From the NCBI GenBank assembly GCA_002269645.1, contig NIVC01001515.1, positions 1 to 64,000 on the forward strand: DNA of 64,000 nt, in the 5' to 3' direction. Each line of letters starts with the position of its first letter. The first letter of the stretch is position 1. The position numbers and the translations under genes are program-made. The notes under the pieces were generated by a model. That model made no database searches. It saw only the letters and a list, made by a program, of their open reading frames with translations, and was not told the DNA's origin. Of the stretch, positions 23,359 to 37,270 are shown piece by piece. The DNA is from Macrostomum lignano (taxonomy: Eukaryota).

Positions 23359-25819
23359 GCGAGTCTCAAGCTCTCAAGTTCTAGTTCAAGTTCTAAAGGA
23401 CCACACTGTGTATTCTTGGAAATTTAATACAGAAAACACACTGAAACGGGGAGATTTCGCTTCAATTCTAATTTTCACCACTGACTGTGAGCCTCGATGG
23501 ATTTATATTTAGCACGAGTTCATCTCCGGTGGAGAAATTAATCACCGCTCCCTGTATCTCTGCATATAGTATATGGTCAAAAGCTTCTTAAGTGTAGAAG
23601 GCCTGCGCTGTGTCTCTGCATCAGGAATGGGGCGCGCTGGCGTTAAATTTCTACGGTCCAACGAATTTTTGCTTCACCAAGTTCACCTCGGTGTGTTATG
23701 GTATACTGTACTGTGACTTCAGCGTGGATCTAACTATTTACTGATTCATCATGTTTTGATGTTACTTGTTATTGGCTACATTAAACAGTTCAAATTGAAC
23801 GTGTATAATGCGTTGATACCAATAAAGAATTCCTGTGTCTGTGGTAGCGGAGATAAGCTACTGATTTGAGTCTACTGATTCGATCGTTACCAAAGTAATA
23901 ACTGTATTATTGACGCAAAACTTTAGGTTGGCTTTTTAAAATTCTAGATAGTCTACAGTAGAAGTGTACTGTTTATTGTCTACAGACTGTCTATCAGTCT
24001 TGCTGTCGACAGTTTTTCAAATCTGATTACGAAAGTTAACAAGATCAGTACGTATAGGTATAGGTGCATATACAGCATCTGATAAAATTATGTTAGACTA
24101 TAAAAAATGCTCGCTTCGGCCCTCGGCTCCTTGGGATTTTTATAAAATGATATCTCAAATGCAACCTTATAATCTATTGTGAAACATAAACATAACGAGT
24201 TTCCGGGATTATACTGGTATTTGAATCTAACCATCAGATAAAATCACTGAAATGGAAATAATGTCTGGGAATAATGGGAAATCGTTGTATCTATCTATAT
24301 TTTATTGTTTAAAACCTGCTTGAATTTTTTTAAACTAGAGCTAAATTCTCAGAATAAAACAATCTGAAACGAAAAATGAATATCCGATCATTAACTATGA
24401 CTAAAGAATATCTGAAGATGAAAATTCGGTAACAAATGTGTTTAAAAACTCGTCTTATCCAATTTAAATACCGTTACTTGTATTGGACATTAGAAAAAGT
24501 ATGGGAAAACGCGATAACAATGGCTTGTCATGCACTAGCTGATGAAGCGAACAGGTGAACAGTGAACAGGTCTATATGCAATCACTCGTGAAAACAGATA
24601 GAAATAATTGACAATTGCTTTTAAAAACAATGACAGCAGCAGGGTCTGAAATAACAAGACAAAGCACCCCTGGCTCTGCATGTTCTTCGGGTGATGATTG
24701 CGAACTCACCGAAGGCCACCCAATATGAGCTCACTGCATGCGAGAGTTGCTATGTTCGCGTATTGCTTTGGCCTAACTCAAAAGGTAACTTTTTTCAAAT
24801 CCGAGTACTGGCATGAATAAATCAATTTAATTGGCACTCCACTTCTCAGCAGAACAATTTGCCACTTCATTAAATTTCAATTTAATTTAGCCCTAATTGT
24901 CGGCTGCAAATTAAATGGGATTAAGGCCAATTAAATCGAAAAGCTCCACTGTTCTAGCAGCACGAGTACAAAGTAAGTGAAAGTCTGCATATTGGCTGGG
25001 AATGATATTTGTCCAGAAATTTCCCTATTGTTTTGCTGCCTGATCTACTTGTAGAAGAACACACGCTCAGTTATGCTAATAAAGCATGAAATTATACGTC
25101 TGAAAGAAGCAGTTGATGCAAGTTAGTACAGTGGAGCAGGATAAGCACAGAAATGCTGAATTTCGTCTAATCACTGCAACACCCTTTCTGTGATGTTTTG
25201 AGGTACGTGCGTAGCGGGGTGAGCATGTTTTAAGGCTAATTAAGCATGCATTATGTGCATGTGCATTGGACATGTGCATGCATGTCCAATTCAAGTAAAG
25301 TTAGTTGAAATCGGGTTCTCTTATACAGACGTGGCTTGCGAATTGTCTGAGCGTTTGGCTAATCTAATGTTATAAATTATTAACTCTAAAGGTCGCGCCT
25401 TTGCGTGTCTGCTTTGCCAAGTAGTTAAATATTCGGTTTTATGAACTGTATCAAAATTACTCGTAAGAGACAAAAAGTGATGGTAAAAAGATCGCGAATG
25501 AAGCTCTTGGGTATCGGTTTGCTTTAGCTTACAGCAGTAGCGCTGAATATAGAAACTTTTGCGAGCTAGGTCGTGTAGGTTTTCTAAAGTGTGTGTTTTT
25601 TTACAGCTAAAGTATAAATGATTGACGCGTTATACTCGAAAGTCATACAAATTCTACCAGAGTCGCGTGGCTGTTGCCGCGAAATGCTTTATCCAACAAG
25701 CATCTCACCTTCGGTTCCTGCATGAGGGCGCGCACTCATGCACATGCTCACATAGGGTGTACAGTACCTAGGGTGTACTTTCTAGTCGTCAGGCATGTAC
25801 ATGTACACGGCTATGTGTA

Positions 25820-25905
25820 AGTGCTATGTGTGCTATGTGTATGCGTACAATATCCGCGCTCTTGTATGTGGTAGGGAGTCAACGGAACTGACAGAATGAC
25901 AAAAA
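25820..25905 (+). mobile_element. Degenerate fragment of the SINE central domain
   Basis: TGCGTACAATATCCGCGCTCTTG...GGGAGTCAACGGAA resembles TGCGTACGTATCCGCGCGCTTG...GGGAGTCGGCGGAA at 15825-15870. Confidence 0.45.
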
Positions 25906-27535
25906 TTGCGCTGATGCCAAGATTTTTTACTTTTTACTTTGATAAGTACTAGCGCTTCAGCTTCTATCCGAAGCTCTTACGCTACTGGTATGTGTATTTT
26001 GTTTTCGAGTTAGTTGTTACAGGTATTGTAAAAGTTTTCCGAGATTAGAAGATGCCAAGATTTGGTTGTGGGACGGCGTCTTCTAAGGTCCGTCCCGTGC
26101 CAACAATCCAGCAATTAATAATAATTTTTATCCACTAGCTATTACTAAAATAAATGGTTTGTCAGTAGGTAGGTACGGGCTACGGGTGTGATTTCTTTCG
26201 TATATAGCGGACCGCATATGTAATATATAGCGTATATGAGAAAAATGTCTGATCCCCTATAGAAGCATCCCTATAGAAGCACATACGACCGATGTGCATG
26301 AGATACAGTATTAGTTAGTGTTATTTTTTCTTATAAATCTATAGAATCTTTTTAGGCTTCTATATTCGATCTTCTCGCAACAGTTAGTATGAAAATGATT
26401 TAGATATACTGTAAAGTCCTAGGCCATGCGCGCTCAGCCCCCAAACCCAATCATTCCAACCCCATTTATTGCCCCCATCTCCGCTCTCATTCCATCCATG
26501 CCAGTCTCTAAACAGTTTGCTGTATATACATGTATTCTACGTATACTGCATGGGCTACTCTAATATTTTCCTGCGTTAATTTTCCAGTTGACCAAGGCAT
26601 GTTTTTGACATGAATTTGAATTTGACGCTCATGGTTCAAAATTAGGGATCAACATTGCGATGGGCTGCTTTCTTCATTAACAAATCACATGACTTCTTTG
26701 CTTCGAAAATCAAACAATTTAGTCAAAAGAGCCAGAATCTATTTTTTACTCAATTAAGTCGTAGCTAGGAAGTAACTTTAAGTATATAGTCGATCGTCCG
26801 TGCATGGCCGGAACGAAAAAGGAAGTATAGAATTACGACAGCATGATAACTGTGAGGAGCAATTACAAAACTTTAAACAGTAAAATTTCAGCCGGCAAAT
26901 GTCTTCGAGTCGGCAGTAAAACTTCGGTGGGCAAATCGCCCTCAGAAAAGTAACGGATCCAAGTTACATAATTTTATTCGTATATACAGTGAATAATTTA
27001 TCCGGGCATTTTTATTCTATGTTTTTATTTTTTTAACCCTAAATAAAACTATACGTGTCCACTTCTATTCAGCAACTCAAGCCTCGAGGCTATATTTGGT
27101 AAAATGAAAAACAGCTAGGTCTGTGAAGGCGTTATGAAGAATGTTGAAGTTTAAATTAATTCCTACTTCAATCACTATAGAAGTGACGTCTACTTCGGAA
27201 AAGAAAATAGGCTTTGCAATGGCTGTACAAGTTCGATGTGAAATTTTGCATTTATTTGTTTATTTAATATTAATAATGACGTTCGCCTTTATTTTTAAAT
27301 TCGAACCGCTTTCCTGTAAATTAATTGCATCAGGTGAGAAGAGATGAGATGTCCGGCATCTCGCTGCCATCAACTCGTCCTTCAACAATTTTTTGCTGCT
27401 TCGGACATGTCGGGAGGCGGAGCGGATTAACGGAACCGCACAAAATTCAATAATTTAATAAAAAAACTATCTTGTGCTTGTGCACCCTCCTGCGAAAAAC
27501 AACTTAGCAAGTCGCCATCAGTGATATACACCAAA

Positions 27536-27666
27536 CAACAGTCAAAAGTTCCACCCACTGACCCACGAAGCAAGAATATTTTTACTCACTTTTTACTGTG
27601 CACTTTAAATGAAAAATTTTCTCTCTAACTACGCCTGATTTGTACAGGTGGAACTTTTGACTGTTG
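27536..27666. mobile_element. Small inverted-repeat element (possible MITE)
   Basis: Perfect 20-bp inverted repeat CAACAGTCAAAAGTTCCACC at 27536-27555 and 27647-27666. No clear TSD. Confidence 0.45.
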
Positions 27667-28343
27667 CTGTGTATATATTCGACATTCTTGTATCAAAAAT
27701 TGCTTGGTATAGCCTACTATTAATTTACATAAAACCTGGTTTAGTGTGGCAGTTCCACTCAAAAAATTAATTCATATGAATCTTGTCAAGGCTCATAATA
27801 TGAGGCTCATTTATTCATGAGTCTAGCCTGGCCTCTAGATTAAATTGAATGAAAAATCCAAATTTGCCTCCCAATAAATACAACACAATGGTTAGGCCTA
27901 GTAATAAGTAAGTTAGCATAGTTCTAGTCAGTGCTGGGCAAGTTAATCAATTTTTTTAACTCGTTAAAAGTTAAAAAGTTAATTTAATTGCTCCAAAAAA
28001 ATTAACTGTAACTAGTTAATTATTTAACTTTTGCCCAAAATTTAACTTCTGAAAAGTTAAAAGTTAAATTTAATAATTCTCTAACGGAAAAAGTGACATT
28101 TTCCCGGACATGCGTCCGGCGCGTTTTTTAAATTTCAGGTCGGCGCGGCGCGGCTGTGGCCAGGTCGCGGTGCGGCGCGGCGCGCGGTGGCGCGACGCAG
28201 CGCAGAAAGTGTGCGGCGGCGCGGGAAGTCGCGCGGCGGCGCGACATGGCGCAGTATGGTGCAACGCGACAAGGAAATATCTATGCAGCGCGACGCGGAG
28301 CAGCGCAGCAGGGAAGGCAGAATTACAACTACATGTATACAAC

Positions 28344-29433
28344 TAGGGATGTCGACCCCGGGAGGGCTCCCCGGGGCCCCGGGGAGCTTGTCGGGGAATA
28401 CTCCCCGGGGAATTAGACCGGGGACCCCGGGGAGAAAAAAAAGCATTTTTAACTAAATTTTTGCCATTTAAATAAGAAAATCATTCACAGAAAGCTGATT
28501 GAAACTCTGTCTATGCTTTTTTTACCGCAAAACTGCTTATTTCAATGTATTATTTCAAACACAACACACGTTTGAATGGGGGGGGGTTCATAAGACCGAA
28601 ATTTCACAACGCCGAAACACCATACTTCACAAGACCGAAACTTCATAAGATCGAAATTTCACATCGTAGAAAACCTTACAATAAGGATTGTATTGCCACG
28701 GACTACGTATTGCGACGGAATTTTCGGCGTTGTGAAATTTCGGTCTTATGAAGTTTCGGTCTTGTGAAGGGTAGTGCTTTTCGGCGTTGTGAAATTTCGG
28801 TCTTATGAAAGCGACCCGTTTGAATGTTTTTTTCACTATGAGTCTTTCAATCAAGCAAATTGAACGTACGAGCGTAGAAAGCCGTCAGGAAAAAGAAGCC
28901 TTACTGACTATTGTGTTGGCCTGCGTTGACGGCTTGACACATTTGACGCAGGCACAGCGCTATATCCTGCGTCAGTCACTGACGCATAGGGGGGTGTCAT
29001 ACTATAACAAAATACTCCCTATTAGACAGGACAAAATAGTGATTTACATGTATCTGCAAGAAATTAAAATTCCGATTATAAAAACAGTCTCATTCATTAA
29101 TTATCCTCCCTCGAGTGCAGCTGCTGAGTATGCATTTTCCGCCTCCGGAGTCTGGACCCTTTCTGATAAAGGTGCGCGCACGATTTGGTGATGCCACGTT
29201 GTCAAATACAGTTTTAAACAAACATTGCCTTAAGTTTTTACCCTTGCGCCTTGAACATGTAGTCCATCCAAAGCTTTAATCAAAGTTTAAGAAATGCCAC
29301 TTAGTGACTTAAGATCCAAGTTATCCGCCGTTTTTTACTTATTTTTTCCCCGGAGTCCCCGGGGTCCCCGGGGAATGACAGTAAATTACCCGGGTCCCCG
29401 ATAAGAAAATTCCCCGGGGAATCGACATCCCTA
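28344..29433 (+). mobile_element. Second, Ac-type-terminus hAT derivative nested in the first
   Basis: TIR TAGGGATGTCGA. TSD TATACAAC / TGTACAAC (7/8). CCCCGGGG subterminal repeats. Remnant PPSSAAAEYAFSASG at ~29104-29150 resembles the hAT dimerisation motif. Confidence 0.8.
28579..28817. mobile_element. Mutator-like MITE nested in the second hAT
   Basis: Long inverted repeats (TTCATAAGACCGAAATTTCACAACGCCGAAA), GGG/CCC termini and a perfect 9-bp TSD GTTTGAATG (28570-28578 and 28818-28826). Confidence 0.8.
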
Positions 29434-32400
29434 TGTACAACGATAACTTCTAGTAGTCCTTGGGTAGAATATCAATAGATAATAGTTGAAGATTCCAGAA
29501 TCTTCCGAAATATTCTATACATTATAACTTGTAACTGAAATAATATACATGTAATAGTTTGTGACGCGTTAAATAATGCTTAGAAAGGCGAAGTTATTTT
29601 ATGTATGTATTAATTTTACTTTTTGATGGCATACAAGCTGTTGAAACCCGCGGATTTTGAACCCGGGGAACTCAATTTCCCGGAATTATTAACTTTTGTC
29701 ATTTAACTTTAACTTACAGAAAAAAAATAACGATTTTTGTTAACTAGTTAATACATAAAAAATTTAACGAAAATTTAACGATTTTAAAAAAAATTTAGCT
29801 AGTTAATTAACTAGTTAAACAATTAACTAGTTAACGCCCAGCACTGGTTCTAGTTTACTTTGCGGTATTATTTTGCCTTTCGCTAAATTATTTCACCCTG
29901 TTTTTGTCACTTTCCAGGTTCAGCTTAAGTGTCACAAGTCAGAAAAACAGTCAGTTAAAGTTGCCGAGTCACTTAAACAGGATAATACACGAAAGCCCAG
30001 TAAAGCATGGCGCCGAATACATTGTTCGGGTATAGGCGGCGCTCAAACAAGAGATGACTCTCGAAGAGTGCATTGCTTATACTGTGTATTGCACGCAGGT
30101 GCCTCTTGGCAAGGGCCCAGGTGCCCTCGATATGGTTTGTGTGGACAATAAATGTCGGGGCAGCTGGGCAGCTGGCCATTGTGCAGATTAAGCTGAAAGG
30201 GTTGTGGTTTGGGTACAGATGCAGAATATGCTATGTAAATGCAAAAAAAACACAAAAATAATATTGCAAAGTAAAGTAGACCTATGAAATAATATCGCGA
30301 AGTAAACTAGAACTATGCCAGTAAGTCTAATGTCTAGGACCTGTATAACTTTCATCAACACTGCAACACGTTTTCAGGCACATCTTCCAACACTCTCATA
30401 GGATACCTGGAAACTTGGTCAAATTAAAGGTATAGGACAAGAATACCACACACTAAGACCACCATACTTGGGGGAGCTAGGGGAGGAATTTGACTCAATG
30501 TGTTATTAGATGGTGCTAGAGAGGAGATAAGTATGTAAGAGAGCTAGTAGGACAAAGCTGAAAGAGAGAAACCTATGATTTATGAAAGGAATAGCAATGA
30601 ATAGGCCCCCTACTAGAAGATTGGTAGCTCCCCCTCAATACCGGAACCAGTAATAGCTGTGGCAGTCTTGGTATATGCATATGGCACTGTGGCAGTCGTG
30701 GTCATTTGCCAAATTAAATATTTCTAAAAAAATATCCTTGCCCCAAATGCAGTGCCTTCTATAAAATTTTGAATAAAACCTAGGCTTTATACTTATTTGT
30801 AAAAATTTTAATATCTTTTTATAACAATAGTTTTCAAATTAAAGACTTAATCAAATGGACAAATTTAAAACTTCAAACAATTTAGTCAAAAGCTAGAATC
30901 TCTTACTTCATTAAGTAAGCCTAAGAATTTAAGTATAGTGCGTAGTTTATGGCTAGAATGAAGAAAGAAATTAGAATTGTGGTAACAAAATAACTATGGG
31001 AAGCAATTAGAAAACTTTGTTTAAGCCTATGTATCCCTTAAATTTTATGCTTATTTGGTCAGTTGATCATATATATATATATATATATATACCTATATCT
31101 TATATATAGCTACATATCTATATACTATGATATATAGATATATGCCTATGTCTATGCCTATATAGACTATGATATATGCCTACTTAGAAAAGTTGGCAGA
31201 ATGGGCTATAAACATGCAATGCCTATATATTGAAATGCTTATATAGATAGCTGCTCTTATTGCTATATCTGTAGAAATATAGTAGTTGCAGTTATATTCT
31301 ATAGTTTCCTATAGGCTATAGCTGTTGTTATAAATTAAAAAATAGGTAGAATAAAAAATATACTTTGGTAAACTGTAGTATAGATTAAAAAACTTATAAA
31401 TTATACTGAATAAAATACAATAAAACACTAGGCCTACCAAATTCTAACTTTTATTAATATAAAAAGTTTAGTAGCAATACTTTCAGTAGTGATTAAGTAT
31501 TGTTACTCTTTGCAAGATAGATGGAAATATAATCTTATAGAGGCTATTAAGTGTATGACGAATTTAATCTAGCGCAACATAGCAGTCCTTGACAGAACAA
31601 GACCAAACAGAGAACAGAAAAATGCAAGTAGTGGCGCAGTCCAATATGCAATTAAACTGATATATTTTTGCTTGCTTAGTTAGCCAAGTTTATTATATTT
31701 TTTGAGTAGTGACGAAAAACAATCAGTTAATATAATAGATCAAAATGATAGATGATACAGTGAATTGTGATTGGCTAATAGTCACAATGGGCACTGAGCA
31801 AAATTATTGATTTTTTAAAAATTCATCACTTGCCAACATATAAAAGCCACTGCAATGAATGTACACAATTCATATGAAATATGATACACTTACGTAGTCT
31901 ACTGATAGTAAAAATAAAAGTAAATACATAGACATTTTCCACTAACTCCACTGTCACAGTGTTTGTTTAAGTTTCTACCTTAATTTGCAGTTGTTTAAGT
32001 ACTATGTTATCTTCCTGATTCAAGGCATTTCATTTCCTAGAATTTATATCAAAACTATGGCTTCAGCTATGGGAATTATGTGAATATGATAATATTGTGA
32101 TCCCTATAGCTATGGAATATGGAGAATTGGAATAAGCCATAAGTTTTGCTTACAGCTATAGCTATGGCATATAGACCCCCCTTATGATGGAACACTAGTA
32201 AAAATATGTGTTACTAGTGTAGTGCCTTCAATGTATGTGCAGTGCCTTCAATTGTCAATTTGGTAGAAATTACCTTTTAATCATAAAGAAATAAATAGGC
32301 CAATAAAAAGTCTTATTTACATCACGTTAGGCCTAGCTCTCAAAAAGGTGTTTGATACTAATGTGTATTTTCAATTGCCATTTCCCTAATTGCTTACAGT

Positions 32401-32461
32401 AGTCCCAATTATATAGCACTAACCCAAAAAGTCAGCAGCACCAGACAGCTACAGAGGCCTC

Positions 32462-35400
32462 ATGGCGCTACTGCCAGTCAGGTCAAAGACTCGCTTGGCT
32501 TTCTCTGTTGCATTCCTGCTGTGGCTGGTGGCCTTCATTCTGCTGCTCAATCGACGCTTGGCACCTTCAGCAGCGGAGTCCGATAGCCATGCTGCTGGCC
32601 AGCCGCCCAATAGCAGATTTCTGGCAGCAGAGTTCATCAATAGGGTTGAGCAGCAACAGAAGGAACTGCAACAGCTGCTAGTGGAAAGTCGTCAGCTTGC
32701 TGAGGCATTGCGAGCTCAGAGCAGCATTGGGGGCAATAAAGGTGATTAATTATCATTGTTTTTTTTAGTTTGAGCTTCTGAAGTCATTCGTTTATAAGTG
32801 CTAAACCACTCGGCCATTGTTGGATTGTTAATTGGAGTGCTAATCCCTACAGTCACTCATTAGCAGTGCTAATCCTTACAGTCACTCATTGGCAGTGCTA
32901 ATCCTTACAGTCACTCATTGGCAGTGCTAATCCTTGCAGTCACTCATTGGCAGTGCTAATCCTTACAGTCACTCATTGGCAGTGCTAATCCTTACAGTCA
33001 CTCATTGGCAGTGCTAATCCTTACAGTCACTCATTGGCAGTGCTAATCCTTACAGTCACTCATTGGCAGTGCTAATTCTTGCAGTCACTCATTGGCAGTG
33101 CTAATCCTTGCAGTCACTCATTGGCAGTGCTAATCCTTACAGTCACTCATTGGCAGTGCTAATCCTTACAGTCACTCATTGGCAGTGCTAATTCTTGCAG
33201 TCACTCATTGGCAGTGCTAATCCTTGCAGTCACTCATTGGCAGTGCTAATCCTTACAGTCACTTATTGGCAGTGCTAATCCTTACAGTCACTCATTGGCA
33301 GTGCTAATTCTTACAGTCACTCATTGGCAGTGCTAATCCTTACAGTCACTCATTGGCAGTGCTAATCCTTACAGTCACTCATTGGCAGTGCTAATCCTTA
33401 CAGTCACTCATTGGCAGTGCTAATTCTTGCAGTCACTCATTGGCAGTGCTAATCCTTGCAGTCACTCATTGGCAGTGCTAATCCTTACAGTCACTCATTG
33501 GCAGTGCTAATCCTTACAGTCACTCATTGGCAGTGCTAATTCTTGCAGTCACTCATTGGCAGTGCTAATCCTTGCAGTCACTCATTGGCAGTGCTAATCC
33601 TTACAGTCACTTATTGGCAGTGCTAATCCTTACAGTCACTCATTGGCAGTGCTAATTCTTACAGTCACTCATTGGCAGTGCTAATCCTTACAGTCACTTA
33701 TTGGCAGTGCTAATCCTTACAGTCACTCATTGGCAGTGCTAATCCTTACAGTCACTCATTGGCAGTGCTAATCCTTACAGTCACTCATTGGCAGTGCTAA
33801 TCCTTACAGTCACTCATTGGCAGTGCTAATCCTTACAGTCACTCATTGGCAGTGCTAATCCTTACAGTCACTCATTGGCAGTGCTAATTCTTGCAGTCAC
33901 TCATTGGCAGTGCTAATCCTTGCAGTCACTCATTGGCAGTGCTAATCCTTACAGTCACTCATTGGCAGTGCTAATCCTTACAGTCACTCATTGGCAGTGC
34001 TAATTCTTGCAGTCACTCATTGGCAGTGCTAATCCTTGCAGTCACTCATTGGCAGTGCTAATCCTTACAGTCACTCATTGGCAGTGCTAATCCTTACAGT
34101 CACTCATTGGCAGTGCTAATCCTTACAGTCACTCATTGGCAGTGCTAATCCTTACAGTCACTCATTGGCAGTGCTAAATCCTTTTAAAAGTTTCTCTACT
34201 TTCAGCTCAGTAGTGAGGAAGAATGCGTAAGCTATTTTATGAAGACCGGTAGTTGGAGTGACTCGCAGACGCAAACAACTGGCTATTGGTGCAGCCGTGA
34301 TGTACATTAGCCAAGCCAAAGCCACTGAGAATGTACATGCCAGCGTTAGGCCGCAACACCGAGGAGGGCAATAAAAATTGGGGCAGAGATTCTGTGTCGA
34401 AAGACGCGGGTGAAGGGGTTCAGATGGGGGTCAGAGGACCAAAAAATGAGTCCTGTCCTAAAATACGTTAAAATGCTTCTTTTTAAGCTCACTACTGAAA
34501 GTAGCTTACACAAAAAATGCTGAGTTGGCCGTAGTTATTTTACTATGGCTTAATGCCTTAATTATTCACGAGAGCATCACGTGAGTTGCAGAATCGTAAA
34601 AGAGTCGCAAAGTCGTCCAAGAGTCGTGTTAGCGCTCAACTTTCTACTAACTCAATTAGACTAAATGGAGTTGTTATAAATGCAAAATGTGATTCTACAG
34701 CGACTCTATCACGCCTCAGATACAAGTCTACAGCCCCAGAGTTTTAGAGTCGCAGAAAATACAGCGCCTCAAATTGACTCTTAGAACGACTTTTAGAGTC
34801 GTCCAGAGTCACTTCTTTCCTATTTTACCTGTGCTACCTGCAACGAATCTGGGACGCTTCTTTGTCTAGGCACCGTTTTCATCGGGTTTCACCTTCTACG
34901 TACATTTCTCTGTTAATCTTGTAGCCGGTGGCATCGGTGAGCCGACTTCGCCCAGGCCGGTGATGGCCAAGCTGAGCCCAGCGGACAGCCTGCCAGCCAG
35001 CATCGCCGTGCTGGTGATCGCCTGCAATCGGCCAACTGTGCGCAGAAGCCTGGACCAGATATTCAAGTACATGCCGACCTCCGGGCCGCACCAGTTTCAC
35101 GTTATAGTGTCACAGGACTGCGGGCACGCTGAAACGGCTAGCGTTATTCAGTCCTACGGTAACAAGCTGGTGCACATTCGCCAGCCAGACCTGAGCCCAA
35201 TCAGTGTGCCGGCCAAGGAGAGAGCTCTTGTTGGTTATTATTACATATCCAGGCACTTTCGATGGGCGTTTGATCAAGTGAGAACAATACATTTTCTTGT
35301 TTGTCTTTGCGTAGCTGACCGCCATCCATTTGACTTGCCATGATTTAGGTTTAGGTTAAGTAGGGTCAGGCAGTCGAATGTAATGGACCAGTATATTGGA

Positions 35401-36525
35401 ACCCCTTAGCTAAGTGGGTTAGCGTATTATCCGCCAACGCTGTGAGTTAAGCATAGTTGGTAGCGGTTAGTACGCAACGCGGCTGAATAGTGGTAGAATT
35501 ATAATTAAAGGTAGTAGTTTAATTTTTTTAGCAGATTAATAAACTTTAAATTTTTAAAACATAACAGCATTTATAAAAGTCTGTTTAAGCTCAAATTCGT
35601 AAATTCCAATCACAGAATCGTTATGCAATGCATTGGTATGAGTCATGTGACGCATCAATTATATTGGCACTCTGACGCACAAAATATAGGTTAGAATCCT
35701 ACCTTCGTAGTTATAGCAGATGCTAATTGCCTAGCAACTATGTTAAATGACTTTCACTGTTCCCCAATCAAGGTATTCCTTACAATGAACTACACAGCCG
35801 CTATTGTTGTCGAAGACGATTTGGACATAGCGCCAGACTTTTTCGACTATTTTATCCATCTGGGCCGCGTGATGGCCCAGGACCCCACCGTGTGGTGCGT
35901 GTCGGCCTGGAACGACAACGGCAAGTCCAACCTGATCGACACGGCCCGATCCGACCTGTTCTACCGGACCGACTTCTTCCCCGGCCTGGGCTGGATGCTG
36001 CTCCGGCCAACCTGGCTGGAGTTGCGGACAGGCTGGCCGGCTGCCTACTGGGACGATCACATGCGCAAGGCCGGCGTCCGGCGCGGCCGAGCCTGCCTCC
36101 GCCCCGAGGTGTCCCGCAGCTACACATTCGGCCGGGTGGGAGTCAGCAACGGCCTGTATTTTGATAAATACCTGCGCTTCATTGAGCTGAGCAAACGGCC
36201 GGTTAACTACGCTGCTATGGATCTGAGCTACCTGTTGAAATCTAATTACGATTCCTATTACCTGGACCGGGTGTACAAACTGCCATCGGTGACGCTGGAC
36301 ATTGCTCTGGGAGTCGGATCCGGCGCGCCAGCCGAGGTTCGTGTCCAGTACAACGGGCCAAAAGAGTTCGTTGCCATGGCCAAGCGGCTGGACATCATGC
36401 CGGACTTCAAAGACGGCGTGGCCCGCTGCGCCTATAGCGGCGTTGTGCCCGTGTTCAAATCCGGCCGCCGGATCCACCTGGCGCCCGGCCGGCCGTGGAA
36501 GGGCTACGATGTAACTTGGAAGTGA
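32462..36525 (+). CDS. MGAT1: Alpha-1,3-mannosyl-glycoprotein 2-beta-N-acetylglucosaminyltransferase (GnT-I, GT13), 3 exons, about 461 aa
   Basis: Exons 32462-32741, 34925-35277 and 35773-36525 with consistent phases. Type II TM anchor plus coiled stem. Motifs VLVIACNRP, VSQDC, YYYISRHFRWA, IVVEDDLDIAPDFF, CVSAWNDNG, RTDFFPGLGWML, WDDHMR, RPEVSR. Confidence 0.95.
32843..34178. repeat. 29-bp minisatellite (CAGTCACTCATTGGCAGTGCTAATCCTTA), about 45 copies, in MGAT1 intron 1
   Basis: Directly visible. Confidence 0.97.
34190..34480 (+). repeat. Dispersed repeat, copy 1 (copy 2 at ~56440-56745)
   Basis: Shared runs include GTTGGAGTGACTCGCAGACGCAAACAACTGGCTATTGGTGCAGC and ACTGAGAATGTACATGCCAGC...CAACACCGAGGAGGGCAATAAAAAT. 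Confidence 0.8.
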
Positions 36526-36879
36526 TTGATTTGCTTTGTTGTTTTTAGATTTGCCTCAATTAATCTCATTGGCTTGCCTTTATTATCCGAGTGTCTGTAA
36601 CCGGCTATGAAATTAGTGTTTTAAAAAATTGCCTATTTCTGGTCTCTCGCAGTTATTACTGATTTCTTATTTTCCATTTCTCTTAGCGAATACTGCGTTT
36701 GATGCTTTTAAACTCATAATGCGCTATGTTAGTTCATTGACTTTCAGCTGTGCTTTGTGCATGCTAACGGTAGGCTTTAAGCTGATATACTGGTTCATTA
36801 AAATAGGATATACAATCTGTTTATATTATTAATTAAAAAAGTTAGTCAGCTTAAACATTGTAGAATTAATCATCGAGAC

Positions 36880-37270
36880 ATCCTACAAAATGAACCCACC
36901 GGAACACCCCAACCTGCAAAATGAACCCACCGGAATACTCCAACCTGCAAAATGAACCCACCGGAACACCCCAACCTGCAAAATGAACCCACCGGAACAC
37001 CCCAACCTGCAAAATGAACCCACCGGAACCCCAACCTGCAAAATGAACCCACCGGAACACCCCAACCTGCAAAATGAACCCACCGGAACCCCAACCTGCA
37101 AAATGAACCCACCGGAACTCCCCAACCTGCAAAATGAACCCACCGGAACCCCAACCTGCAAAATGAACCCACCGGAACTCCCCAACCTGCAAAATAAACC
37201 CACCGGAACACCCTAACCTGCAAAATGAACCCACCGGAACCCCAACCTGCAAAATGAACCCACCAGAACA
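36880..37270. repeat. 31/29-bp minisatellite (AACCTGCAAAATGAACCCACCGGAACACCCC)
   Basis: Directly visible, about 13 copies. Confidence 0.93.

Larger units (their letters stand above)
27929..29846. mobile_element. Non-autonomous hAT element inserted in the Merlin left TIR
   Basis: TIR CAGTGCTGGGC, a perfect 8-bp TSD GTTCTAGT (27921-27928 and 29847-29854) and TTAAC-rich subterminal repeats. Confidence 0.85.
27915..30319 (-). mobile_element. Merlin (IS1595/ISXO2-like) DNA transposon derivative
   Basis: 32-bp TIR (G/A)GCATAGTTCTAGTTTACTT..., 29/32 identical once the nested hAT is removed. 8-bp TSD AGTAAGTT at 27907-27914 and AGTAAGTC at 30320-30327. Minus-strand remnant VHTNHIEGTWALAKRHLR near 30000-30150. 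Confidence 0.75.

Noticed and set aside
24530-24600. CTGATGA as a possible hammerhead core (also at 3777, 39530 and 56751)
   Set aside because: No stem II followed by GAAA and no stems I/III could be built by eye.
34206-34226. Possible MGAT1 micro-exon (CAG...GTAAGC)
   Set aside because: It introduces a TAG in the required phase and belongs to the dispersed repeat.
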